Made by a program: the position numbers and the translations under genes. The notes under the pieces were generated by a model. That model ran no database searches, was not told the origin of the DNA, and worked only from the letters and a program-made list of their open reading frames with translations. Positions 1-9,345 of a stretch of 64,000 nt of DNA are shown here, one piece after another. Position 1 is the stretch's first letter; each line of letters begins with the position of its first letter. This DNA comes from Deltaproteobacteria bacterium (GTDB taxonomy: Bacteria; UBA10199; GCA-002796325; JACPFF01), in the NCBI GenBank assembly GCA_016210045.1, contig JACQUX010000009.1:65730-129729 (forward strand). The letters run 5' to 3'.

Positions 1-780
1 ACCATCGAGCGCATTGCCTGTACGGGACGTGATGGCAGTCGGATTTGGCTCCCGCAGTTGACCGAAGCGGCACGGACCCAGTTGGGACTCCCGAGTGCAT
101 TGGAATGGGATGCACTTTTTCATCTGGCGTATCGTCTTTCATCACATGGCGAACCGTTGCGTCTCCAAGGTGCGCCGCAACCGCGCGTAGCCGCACTGCT
201 CCGCTTGCTGCGGCGGCTCCATCCGGATCAATCCCGGCTAGTGGAACACGGGACCGGATGCGTGATCCGCAACCTGGTTGCAGCGGCCGAAGCGGGGTTT
301 ACTGACCTATTCGCCGTAGAATCTCGTGACACAGATCGTTCGTATCTTGAGAGGACTCTCCCGACGGCCGACGTGCTCCCGGACACCTGCTCGCTGACGG
401 CCATGGACCCGGATGACTACGACGAACGTCCCGCTGCGGCCCGCGACACGGCCGTCAGCATCTGGACCCACCCAGCCATCCAGTGCGCGCTCGACGGCAG
501 TGAATACCCCTATCTCGGTCCCTACATGCGCCGTCATGTCCTCCCCGGTGGCGATGTGTTGCTGCAAACCGATCTGCCGGAGATGGTCTGGGCCGTGGTA
601 CACGGCGCGTTCCCGCTCCAACGTCCGCGGTGGTGGCAACGGTCGCGCCCCGAGCCCCTCGAATGGGTCGTTGTCCACACCGCCCGCGATCCGGTACTCG
701 GCAGTCCGTATGCCGAACGCGGCGTGTGGGTGATATGGCTCCGCCGCTTAGCGGAGCCGACGGTGTTTCTGCCGGTGTAG
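1..780 (+). CDS. Hypothetical protein, 5'-partial (frame is open back to the window edge; the listed start at 58 is TTG)
   Basis: Long ORF open from nt 1; no recognisable motifs; ends before REP copy 1. Confidence 0.35.
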   Translation, partial: TIERIACTGRDGSRIWLPQLTEAARTQLGLPSALEWDALFHLAYRLSSHGEPLRLQGAPQPRVAALLRLLRRLHPDQSRLVEHGTGCVIRNLVAAAEAGFTDLFAVESRDTDRSYLERTLPTADVLPDTCSLTAMDPDDYDERPAAARDTAVSIWTHPAIQCALDGSEYPYLGPYMRRHVLPGGDVLLQTDLPEMVWAVVHGAFPLQRPRWWQRSRPEPLEWVVVHTARDPVLGSPYAERGVWVIWLRRLAEPTVFLPV

Positions 781-862
781 GGTCCGGGTCCGGACGAGAA
801 GGCGATAGCAGCGCGTGCCGCGCGCTCAGCAGATGTTGGCCCACATTCTAAATCATCAGAGC

Positions 863-917
863 GGGGACAGGTACCTTCAAATGGCCGATCGATCGGCATT
901 TGAAGGTACCTGTCCCC
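863..917. repeat. REP hairpin copy 1: GGGGACAGGTACC...GGTACCTGTCCCC with a fully palindromic loop, inside an 88-nt unit (851-939)
   Basis: Perfect inverted repeat seen directly; the same 88-nt unit recurs at 4120-4208; sits between convergent genes. Confidence 0.85.
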
Positions 918-929
918 ATTCAAATGAAG

Positions 930-3194
930 TTACGCGGCGGTGGGTGACGCCGGCAACGCGACCAAATCGGCCGGCACTTTGGAACCGGCGGTCCATGCAG
1001 TATGCAGCGCAGGACCGAGCGGGTGATCACGGTTGATCCGGATAGCGCAGGCGGCGAAAAATCCGTATGGCCCGACATCTCGGACGATCTCAAGCAGCAG
1101 AACACCGCCGCATTGGAGCCGGATCCGTTCGGGGAAGCGCGCGGCGGCGATCTCGGCATCGATGGCTGAGGGGCGACTGGCGCGGATGACGCCGGCGAGC
1201 ATCCCTCCAAGCACCCACAGATGCCCAGTGCTCGCCAGCCACCATGGAAAGGCCACGTAAGATTGCGCGAGCAGCTGAAGACCGCCGAGTGCGATGCCGC
1301 CCAGAGCCCAATGGGCCATCGGGCTGTGCAACATCTCGCGCCGGACCTGTCGCTGCACACCGGCCTGCAGGTGTCCGCGATCGTGTGCAATCGGGGCCAC
1401 GACCGCCCAGATCGCTTCGAGCATACGCGGCACGGGCTCGCCCTCTATCGCGAGGTCGATCGTGACATCGAGCGGGCGCGGCAGCTCGATCGCCAGCGCG
1501 CGCAGTTCCGCATGGAGCGCGGTCCCCAACGTGGCGGCGGCGTGTTCCGCAGCCGGGAGGTCGTGCTGTAGCCGCACGGGTGGGGGATACGTGGCGTGCG
1601 CTTCGAAGATTGTCGGCGCGCTGCGATCGTTGCGGTCCAGCAACAGCAGTGGCGGCAGACCGCTGCATTCCATCAGTCGTGTCAACTGTTCCCGCAGTGC
1701 CGGTGTGACGCCAGCCGGATCGGTCGTGAATGCAATGCCGTCAAGCCCGAGCGACACCGGACGATGGGCATCCGGATAGGCAAGCGCGCCGATTGCCTCG
1801 ATCCACGCGGGAATGCGCGCAACGTCCGCCGCATCGGCCAAATCGATCCGCCACCAACGGTTGCAGTGCATATGGACCCGATCGCGATGGCTCCGTTCGA
1901 CCTGGAGGCGGCCGTATGGTGCGACGAGCTGTTGGATCGTGTCGGACAGCGGCGTTGCGACAAGTTCTCCCCGATACAAATCCGACGTGGGGAGCGCCGG
2001 CTGCCCTGTCGTGGGAAGCGATGCGACGAGCCGCGCGCGTGCTTGCAGTACGGCAAGTTGTTGGAGCTGTCGCTGCAATTGGCGCCGCAGGCTACGGGCG
2101 CGACGACCGGTGGTCTCGAGTAACAACGGGGCCAAGGCCTGCCGCGCGGCCGCCGCATGGTGTCGGCCGATCGCTTCCAGTGCCCGCTCTGCCGCGCGTT
2201 GAATGCCGCGCCGCGTGTCGTGTCGGCGGATACGATGCAACGCCGGAATCGTTGCTGCGGCATACGCGTCCTGCGCCATCGCAATCGTGTGTGCCAGTTG
2301 TCGCCGAGTTAAGAGTTCGGGCCGCGCCAACAACTGGAGCACCTCGTCGTCGCGTTGACCGCGTGCCGTCTGCAACCATGCGTCGAGTTCCGACATCGTG
2401 CCGACGCGGTCCAGCAGGTCCTGACATTGGAATGCCCGCGCAAGCCCAACCAGCGCTGGGAAGCGATCGCGCTCGGCCTGCCAGACATAATGCGCGGCCG
2501 CGTCAAATTGGGTGTCGAAATGTCCGGGCAAGGTCTCGAGCGCGTCACGCAGCAGTCGTTGCGGACGATGCTCAGTGGGGATGGCGTCCGAGGGGGCGAG
2601 CAAACGGCTGCTGCCGTAGATCGCCAGTGGCACGTTGCCCCACGGCGTGTTGATGGCGACGCGCGTGTCTGTGAGGACTGCGGCCAGCAGCGTGACGGCC
2701 GCTGCGCGATCGGCTCCTGTGGCCGTAAACGCCGCCGTCTCCAAGACCTCGAAGAGGGCCAGCAGCTGCGGGGCGTCGTGCTCCACGCGCGTCGCAGGCC
2801 ACCAGGTCGCGTGGATGCGTGCCGCGCCTGCCGCGCGATCCTGCGGTGCCGCAGCGGCCAATGCGCTCAGTTGCCCGGTCAGGAGTGCGGCGTGGTGTCC
2901 AGTGGAGGCGAGATGTCGTGCGTCAGCGGGGACGACGGCCGGCGGCGTAATGCCGATGCCGCCTGCAGCCGACACAGTATCCAGCGATTCGCCCGCCACG
3001 TCGCCGCGTAGCGCTGTCGGTTCGTCGACGCGCGTCATCCGTAACGGGTCCCCACGCACCGGTCGCGGCGCCCGCCGGTCCTGGGGACCCAGCGATCCGC
3101 CCGCCATCGCATAGGCCGGCCGCAATCCTCCCGGCAGCGAAATCAATTCATGAATTGCCCGACGAAGCCGGGGGAGCCCCACTCGCACCGCCAT
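930..3194 (-). CDS. Large hypothetical protein (754 aa, Ala/Arg/Leu-rich)
   Basis: 2.26 kb ORF; GAGGAAAGGG-like SD just upstream of the ATG at 3194; stop codon TAA lies inside the 3' flank of REP unit copy 1. Confidence 0.5.
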   Translation of the reverse strand: MAVRVGLPRLRRAIHELISLPGGLRPAYAMAGGSLGPQDRRAPRPVRGDPLRMTRVDEPTALRGDVAGESLDTVSAAGGIGITPPAVVPADARHLASTGHHAALLTGQLSALAAAAPQDRAAGAARIHATWWPATRVEHDAPQLLALFEVLETAAFTATGADRAAAVTLLAAVLTDTRVAINTPWGNVPLAIYGSSRLLAPSDAIPTEHRPQRLLRDALETLPGHFDTQFDAAAHYVWQAERDRFPALVGLARAFQCQDLLDRVGTMSELDAWLQTARGQRDDEVLQLLARPELLTRRQLAHTIAMAQDAYAAATIPALHRIRRHDTRRGIQRAAERALEAIGRHHAAAARQALAPLLLETTGRRARSLRRQLQRQLQQLAVLQARARLVASLPTTGQPALPTSDLYRGELVATPLSDTIQQLVAPYGRLQVERSHRDRVHMHCNRWWRIDLADAADVARIPAWIEAIGALAYPDAHRPVSLGLDGIAFTTDPAGVTPALREQLTRLMECSGLPPLLLLDRNDRSAPTIFEAHATYPPPVRLQHDLPAAEHAAATLGTALHAELRALAIELPRPLDVTIDLAIEGEPVPRMLEAIWAVVAPIAHDRGHLQAGVQRQVRREMLHSPMAHWALGGIALGGLQLLAQSYVAFPWWLASTGHLWVLGGMLAGVIRASRPSAIDAEIAAARFPERIRLQCGGVLLLEIVRDVGPYGFFAACAIRINRDHPLGPALHTAWTAGSKVPADLVALPASPTAA

Positions 3195-3255
3195 ACCCTT
3201 TCCTCACTCCCCCGCGGCCCTCTAACAGAGCCCACCCCCGCATGTCCAATACATT

Positions 3256-3318
3256 GCAGGGGGACAGGTACCGTCAACAGCCCATTTTATCGGCATCTGA
3301 CGGTACCTGTCCCCCTGC
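3256..3318. repeat. REP hairpin copy 3 (GCAGGGGGACAGGTACC...GGTACCTGTCCCCCTGC)
   Basis: Inverted repeat seen directly, about 110 bp upstream of the RAYT gene. Confidence 0.85.
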
Positions 3319-3430
3319 AATGACTATGTGATCGATTTTCGAACGGTGGGGTCGTGTGATTGAACAATGTTGTGCGTTCCGCGCGGACAATCATAGCGGG
3401 TTGGTGTGAATACTAGCTGGGATTTGCCCG

Positions 3431-4120
3431 GTGTCGCCGTTGGTCCCGTTTCTGCAACAGGGTATCTCTGGTATGGCTCGATTCCCTCGGTCGCTGCTGT
3501 CGGACCTCACATCGCACTTCCATGTCATCTGTCGCGGCAATAATCGCGGAAAATTATTCCTCGCGGAAGAGGACTATGAGCAGTTTCACGGGCTGATGCA
3601 GCGGGCCTGTGCCCTGTGGTCGGCCGAGATTTATCACTATGTCTTCATGACAACGCATACGCATTTCTTATGTTGTGTCCCGACCATTCAGACGTTGTCG
3701 AAGATGTTTCATTGGATCCAGCTCTTGTACTGCCAATATTATCAGCGAAAATATCCCGCGATTGGTCATTTGTGGCACAGCCGTTTTCGTTCGATCCCTA
3801 TTCTTGCAGAATCCCATCTGTTGCGGTGTGGGCGTTACATCGAGCTGAATCCCGTAGCGGCCGGATTAGCCCTGCAGGCTGCAACGTATCGGTGGAGCAG
3901 TTATCAACGGTATGCCTGCGGGAGACCCGACAATTTGGTCACACTCAGTCCTTGGGTCTTGGCGATGGGTGAAGATGTGGGCGAACGGGCATTCGCTTAT
4001 GCGGCGTATGTGGAAGAGGGGGCCACCGCGGGCAGTGACGAAGATGCGCTGCTGTTCGAACAAAAGACGACTCCCAGACTACCGGAGCAACCCCGCATTC
4101 CCAAATGGTGCACGCGTTAA
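3431..4120 (+). CDS. REP-associated tyrosine transposase (RAYT / IS200-like Y1 HUH transposase, COG1943)
   Basis: HUH motif HTHFL; conserved GHLWHSRFRS, YIELNPVAAGL and YRWSSY blocks typical of RayT/TnpA_REP; flanked by REPs on both sides. Confidence 0.85.
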   Translation: MSPLVPFLQQGISGMARFPRSLLSDLTSHFHVICRGNNRGKLFLAEEDYEQFHGLMQRACALWSAEIYHYVFMTTHTHFLCCVPTIQTLSKMFHWIQLLYCQYYQRKYPAIGHLWHSRFRSIPILAESHLLRCGRYIELNPVAAGLALQAATYRWSSYQRYACGRPDNLVTLSPWVLAMGEDVGERAFAYAAYVEEGATAGSDEDALLFEQKTTPRLPEQPRIPKWCTR

Positions 4121-4131
4121 ATCATCAGAGC

Positions 4132-4186
4132 GGGGACAGGTACCGTCAAATGGCCGATTGATCGGCATTTGAAGGTACCTGTCCCC
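4132..4186. repeat. REP hairpin copy 2 (inside 88-nt unit 4120-4208)
   Basis: Near-identical to copy 1 (2 mismatches); between the RAYT stop and the smc stop. Confidence 0.85.
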
Positions 4187-4198
4187 ATTCAAATGAAG

Positions 4199-7100
4199 TT
4201 ACGCGGCGGCGGTTTTGGTGTCGCGGTCGGTGCGGTCGCGGGCGTGGGCGCCGAGTTTGACGGAGACGATCTTGGAGATGCCGGCCTCTTCCATCGTGAC
4301 GCCGTAGAGCGTGTCGGCCAGTTCCATGGTTCGTTTGTTGTGCGTGATCAGGATGAATTGCGCGTAGTCGGTCATCTCCCGCACCATCTCGTTGAACCGG
4401 TCGATGTTCGCGTCGTCGAGCGGGGCGTCGACTTCGTCGAGCAGGCAAAACGGCGATGGCCGCACCAGGAACATCGCGAAGATCATCGCGACAGCGGTGA
4501 GCGCCTTTTCGCCGCCCGACAGCAGCGTCATGTTCTGCAGCTTCTTGCCCGGTGGCTGCGCGATGATTTCCACGCCGGCCTCCAACGCGTTGGATTCGTC
4601 GGTGAGCACCAGCTTCGCGTTGCCGCCGCGGAACAATTTGGGGAACAGTCGCTCGAAGCGTTCGTTGATCGCGGTGAAGGTTTCCACGAAGCGTTCGCGA
4701 CTGACGCGATTGATCTTTTGAATGGCACGCTGCAACGTGGTCAACGAATTTTCCAGGTCGGTGGCTTGGCGGACCAAGAAGTCGTGGCGTGATTGCAGCT
4801 CTTCGAATTCGGTGATTGCGTCGCTGTTCACGCCGCCGAGTTGTTGCACTTTGGCGCGCAGTTCTTCCGCGCGCGCGCTGGCGGGTTCCAGCGCGAAGTC
4901 GTCGCTGAGGTATTGCGGCGCGGCCTCGGCAATTTCCACGCGATATTTTTCCATGATGTCGTAGCGGAGGAAATTCTGCCGTTCCTGCTGTTGCGCCACT
5001 GTCAGTTCGATTGCGTGCTTCGCCTGGACGGCCGTTTCGTGGCGTCCACGAAGTTCCTTCAAGCCGGCCTCCCGGTCGCGCACTTGTTCCGTGGCATCGT
5101 GAAATCGCCGTTGCACATCTTGTTGCGCTTGCAACGCGGCCTCGGCCTCGCGTGCCGCGGCGGCGCGCAGTTCCTGCAATTGGGTGCGTTGCCGCTCCGC
5201 ACTGGCCACGGCCGCTTCGCCGTCACAGATCTCCGCCGCCTTCCGTTCGCTCGCGGTAATCGTTTCGGCGATCGAGTTGGCCAGTCGTTCGATGTCCCGT
5301 TCGCTCGCGCGCGCGCGTTCCTGTTGCGCCGCAAGGTTGGCGCGAATCCGCGCCAGTCGTTCGTTGGTCTGTTCGAGTTCTTGTCGCAACGCCGTTTCCC
5401 GTTCACGGGCCTCGGTCAACGCGCCGGTGGCGGCGCGACATTGCGTATCGAAATCACTACGCGTGGTGGTCAACGTGGCGGCTTCGGTGCCGGCTGTGTC
5501 GCGTTCCGTCTGAATGCGGAGCGTCGTCTGCTGGGCGTCCGTCTGGGCGCGTTGGATCCGCTCGCCTTCCTGTTCCAAGTGGCGCAGCTGTTGCCGATAT
5601 TGGGCGAGCTGCACTTCTTCCGCATGATGATCTTGGGAGAGCGCCGTGACGCGCTGTTGGAGGCCGGCGATTCGTTCCTGACAGCGCCGCTTCAATTCCT
5701 GCGCGGTCTGTAGCGCGGTCTGCGCCGTCGTCGCCGTGACGCGCAACGTTTCGCATTCCCGTCGTCGCGCGAGCAACAACTGCCCCGTCTCGTGGTCGCT
5801 CCCCCCTGTGACGATTCCGGCAGGGCTGAGCACTTCGCCGTCCAGCGTGACAAACGTCGTGGTCGGGTGTTCCTCCCACAGCCGAACGGCGTCCGCGAGA
5901 CTTTGCACGACGACGACATCCGCTGCGAGCAGCGGAACTAACGCCGTAAACGGTTCCGCCGCCGTGACGAATTGGGTCAGCGGGCCGAGCACTCCATCGC
6001 CGCTGAACGCATCGCTGTTCAGCGTGCCCGTACGTCCCGCCAGCGGAATAAATGTGCTGCGTCCATGTCCGCCGTGTTTCAAATAGTCGATCGCCGCCGC
6101 GGCTGCGCCGATCTCTGCGACCACCAGCGCCTGCAGCCGTTCTCCCAACACCGCAGCCACGGCGGTTTCATATTCCGGGACGACTTGGAGGGCATCGGCC
6201 ACCGTGCCGCGCAACCCAGCGCGCACCGGCTCTTCCACTGTGGGTTGGAGTAAGGCCTTGACGCCGACGCCATAGCCTTCCAAGTTGCGTTGCAATTCCT
6301 CCAACGAATGGAGTCGCGATTGCGCTTGCTGCAGCACCGCTTGGCGCGATTCCACTTCCGCTGCTTGCCGTGCCAATTCGGCTTGTTGTTCCGCAATCGT
6401 GGCTGCGACGCTGCCGCGCTCTTCCCCGAGTTGCAAGAATTGTTGTTCGCGGGCGGCGATCGTTCCGCGGACTTCGGCCAGCGTTTGCTGCGTGGTCCGT
6501 TGTTGTTTCGCCAGCGTGGCGGTTTCTTCTTCCGCACGGGCCAACTGGGTCGCCAGTTCCGCAGTGCGACGTTGCAAGGCCTCCGTTCGCGCCGTGACGG
6601 TGGCCAGTTCCCGCTCCGCGTTCATTTGAATCTGTTCTTGCGCGCGGACTGTTTGATGGACAAGTTCGAGTTCCGCGCGCGCCGCCTGACTGGCGGTCTC
6701 GCCCTCGCGCAGTTCGTCGTCGGCGCTCGCCACGCCAAGATCCGCCGCGAGCTTCGTGTCATTGGCGTGATGCAATGCCTCGCGCCAGGCCGCGACACGG
6801 GCCGCGGCCTCTTCCTGTGCCAGGCAAGCCGCGACGCGTTTCGCTTCCCATTCTTCCACTTCCTTCGCGCTGAGCGCCAAGCGGGTTTCGTACAAATGGA
6901 GTTGGTTCTGTAATGCGTAGCTGTGTTGTTGCGCGGCGGACAACGCGGTCTCGATGGCGGCCATTTCCAACCGCAACTCCGCAATCGCTGTTTCTTGGGC
7001 ATTCAACGCAGCCGCAGCGCTCGCTTCCGCCTCGCACTGTTGTTGCAACTCCGTCGCGGTCCGCGTCTGTTCGGTCTGCGCGAGCGTCCATTGATGCGCA

Positions 7101-7798
7101 GCGACGCGTAAATCGATGGTGCGGAGTTCGTCGGCCAGTTCCCGATACCGTTCCGCCTTCTTCGCCTGGCGCTGCAACGCCCCCAACTGGCGCTTCAGTT
7201 CTTGAATCAGGTCTTGCAGCCGCAGCAAATTTTGCTGCGTGGCTTCCATCTTGCGTTGCGCGGCCTCACGCCGATGGCGAAATTTGGAAATTCCCGCCGC
7301 CTCTTCCAATAAATAGCGCCGTTCCTCCGGTTTGGAAGAGACGATCTGGCCGATTCGGCCTTGTTCGACGATCGAGTACGCCTTGGTCCCCGTTCCGGTC
7401 CCGAGAAACAGGTCGATGATGTCTTTCAATCGGCACGGGGTCTTATTAATGAAATATTCGCTCTCGCCGGAACGATAGAGTCGTCGTCCGACTGTGATTT
7501 CGGCGTAGTCGGCGAATTCGGCCGGGGCGCGGCCGTCGCTGTTGTCGAACGTGATGAAGACACTCGCCATCCCCATCGGGGCGCGGGACTGGCTGCCGGC
7601 GAAGATCACGTCGAGCATTTCCCCGCCGCGCAGATGTTTGGCGGATTGCTCGCCCATCACCCAACGAATCGCATCGACGACGTTGCTCTTCCCGGACCCG
7701 TTCGGTCCGACGATCCCGGTAATGCCGCGTTCAAATTGGATGATGGTCCGGTCGACGAACGACTTGAATCCGACCAATTCGATAGATTTCAGATGCAT
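4199..7798 (-). CDS. smc: Chromosome partition protein Smc
   Basis: N-terminal Walker A FKSF...GPNGSGKSN; long coiled coils; hinge; C-terminal signature LSGGEKALTA and Walker B LLDEVDAPLD. Confidence 0.95.
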   Translation of the reverse strand: MHLKSIELVGFKSFVDRTIIQFERGITGIVGPNGSGKSNVVDAIRWVMGEQSAKHLRGGEMLDVIFAGSQSRAPMGMASVFITFDNSDGRAPAEFADYAEITVGRRLYRSGESEYFINKTPCRLKDIIDLFLGTGTGTKAYSIVEQGRIGQIVSSKPEERRYLLEEAAGISKFRHRREAAQRKMEATQQNLLRLQDLIQELKRQLGALQRQAKKAERYRELADELRTIDLRVAAHQWTLAQTEQTRTATELQQQCEAEASAAAALNAQETAIAELRLEMAAIETALSAAQQHSYALQNQLHLYETRLALSAKEVEEWEAKRVAACLAQEEAAARVAAWREALHHANDTKLAADLGVASADDELREGETASQAARAELELVHQTVRAQEQIQMNAERELATVTARTEALQRRTAELATQLARAEEETATLAKQQRTTQQTLAEVRGTIAAREQQFLQLGEERGSVAATIAEQQAELARQAAEVESRQAVLQQAQSRLHSLEELQRNLEGYGVGVKALLQPTVEEPVRAGLRGTVADALQVVPEYETAVAAVLGERLQALVVAEIGAAAAAIDYLKHGGHGRSTFIPLAGRTGTLNSDAFSGDGVLGPLTQFVTAAEPFTALVPLLAADVVVVQSLADAVRLWEEHPTTTFVTLDGEVLSPAGIVTGGSDHETGQLLLARRRECETLRVTATTAQTALQTAQELKRRCQERIAGLQQRVTALSQDHHAEEVQLAQYRQQLRHLEQEGERIQRAQTDAQQTTLRIQTERDTAGTEAATLTTTRSDFDTQCRAATGALTEARERETALRQELEQTNERLARIRANLAAQQERARASERDIERLANSIAETITASERKAAEICDGEAAVASAERQRTQLQELRAAAAREAEAALQAQQDVQRRFHDATEQVRDREAGLKELRGRHETAVQAKHAIELTVAQQQERQNFLRYDIMEKYRVEIAEAAPQYLSDDFALEPASARAEELRAKVQQLGGVNSDAITEFEELQSRHDFLVRQATDLENSLTTLQRAIQKINRVSRERFVETFTAINERFERLFPKLFRGGNAKLVLTDESNALEAGVEIIAQPPGKKLQNMTLLSGGEKALTAVAMIFAMFLVRPSPFCLLDEVDAPLDDANIDRFNEMVREMTDYAQFILITHNKRTMELADTLYGVTMEEAGISKIVSVKLGAHARDRTDRDTKTAAA

Positions 7799-7960
7799 AA
7801 GCAGCTCACAAATATCATGGCCTTTTGTGTCGCGTAAAGAATTCTCTGCATAATCCTATTGATTTTTCTCGGGGAAAGCAGGTACGAGGGCGGAACTTCA
7901 TCGGGGGCAGGGAATATTTTCTAACATTAATATTGTGCCACCGGCTAACAGGGGGATTCT

Positions 7961-9331
7961 ATGCGACAGAACGACAACATGCAGTCAACGGTCTGGGGCG
8001 CAGTGCGGGCATGCGGCGCGGCGTTGTTGCTCGTCACGGCGGCCTGCGGCAGTAGCACCGGCACCGACACGAGTAGCAGTAGTGGCGGATCGAGCAGCAG
8101 CAGCGGCGGGAGCTCCACCACCCGCAACGTGACCGGTTCGGTCTCGCTCAGCTCGCTTTCCACCTCGCTGAGCGCCAAAGGGGCCAAGACCGCAGTCGAT
8201 GCCTGTACCTCGGTCTCCATCTGTTGCACCGGCTACACCGGCGAATCCTGGACCGTGGCCACGTTGAACAGCGATTGTACCTTTACATTGGCGTTGCCGC
8301 TGGAAAACTACTGCTTCTGCGGCTTCTTCACCGGCACCGACGCCGACAGCGACAACTGCCCCGACACCTACGCCAACTACGTACTGGAAACCATCCCGGT
8401 CTTTGAAGACGTCGGCGGCGCGGTGGACGACATCGACCTCGGCGAATGCGACGGCGACGGCTGCGCAACCGATGTCGACACCCAAGTCGACGTGGACCAA
8501 GACGGTATTGCGAATAGCGACGACACCGACGACGACGGCGACGGCACCGCCGACACCGACGACGACTACACCGACGATGGCTGGCTCAACGCGTGGCAAA
8601 TCGACCTCGACGGCGACAGCCTGCCGGACATCTTTGAAGATCTCTGGGCCGACTACACCGATGCCGACGACGACGGGATTCCGAACTTCCTCGACTTCGA
8701 CATCGACGGCGACGGTGAAGACAACCTGACCGACACCGACGACGACGGCGACGGGACTGCGGACGACACCGACACCGACGACGACGGCGACGGCATCGCC
8801 GACAGCGAAACCTGGGACGACGACGACGGCGACGGCGTCTGGAACTTCCTCGACGGCGACAGCGACGGCGATGGCCTGTTCGCCGACTTCGACGACGACG
8901 ACGACAACGACGGCACGGACGACACGACCGACACCGACGACGACGGCGACGGCCTGACCGACGCCCAAGAAGAAGACGATACCGACGGCGACGGCTTTCC
9001 CGACATGATCGACACCGACGACGACAACGACGGCACGGCCGACACGGCGGACGACGACGACGACGGCGACGGCACGCCGGACGCCTCCGATCCGGATGCT
9101 ATACCGGACGATGAACAGGGATCGCCCTCGTGCTCGGACGACTTCTCGTGTCAACAGATCGTGGAGGAAAATTCCCCGATGCTTGGTGTGATCGGCGCCA
9201 CGTCATGTAATGATTCGAGCCGGTGTCAGACCGATTGCAACCAACTGACGTCGACCGAAGAGGTGTCGCAATGCACCGCCGGATTCGAATCGGCCGGGAA
9301 CACCTGTACGGATAACATCTGCACCTTCTAA
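7961..9331 (+). CDS. Secreted/lipoprotein with about 10 acidic DxDxDG(T/I)xD calcium-binding-type repeats (thrombospondin-type-3-like) and Cys-rich termini
   Basis: Signal peptide with LLLVTAAC lipobox-like site; tandem DTDDDGDGTAD repeats; C-terminal Cys-rich module. Confidence 0.6.
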   Translation: MRQNDNMQSTVWGAVRACGAALLLVTAACGSSTGTDTSSSSGGSSSSSGGSSTTRNVTGSVSLSSLSTSLSAKGAKTAVDACTSVSICCTGYTGESWTVATLNSDCTFTLALPLENYCFCGFFTGTDADSDNCPDTYANYVLETIPVFEDVGGAVDDIDLGECDGDGCATDVDTQVDVDQDGIANSDDTDDDGDGTADTDDDYTDDGWLNAWQIDLDGDSLPDIFEDLWADYTDADDDGIPNFLDFDIDGDGEDNLTDTDDDGDGTADDTDTDDDGDGIADSETWDDDDGDGVWNFLDGDSDGDGLFADFDDDDDNDGTDDTTDTDDDGDGLTDAQEEDDTDGDGFPDMIDTDDDNDGTADTADDDDDGDGTPDASDPDAIPDDEQGSPSCSDDFSCQQIVEENSPMLGVIGATSCNDSSRCQTDCNQLTSTEEVSQCTAGFESAGNTCTDNICTF

Positions 9332-9345
9332 CCAGCTAGGGGGCT

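Noticed and set aside
1090-2653. Multiple 100-300-aa ORFs on both strands inside the 930-3194 gene
   Set aside because: They are mutually overlapping Arg/Pro/Ala-rich frames typical of high-GC shadow ORFs; only the 754-aa frame has a plausible SD and spans the whole interval.
4793-5713. 306-aa + strand ORF (and several others 4169-7837) overlapping smc
   Set aside because: smc on the - strand is unambiguous (Walker A/B, signature motif); the overlapping ORFs are GC-rich shadow frames with no motifs.
7985-9154. 389-aa antisense ORF (and 8653-9075) opposite the Asp-rich repeat gene
   Set aside because: Composition (poly-Val/Ala) is the mirror of the GAC/GGC repeat codons; the sense strand has a signal peptide and coherent repeat structure, so the antisense ORFs are shadows.
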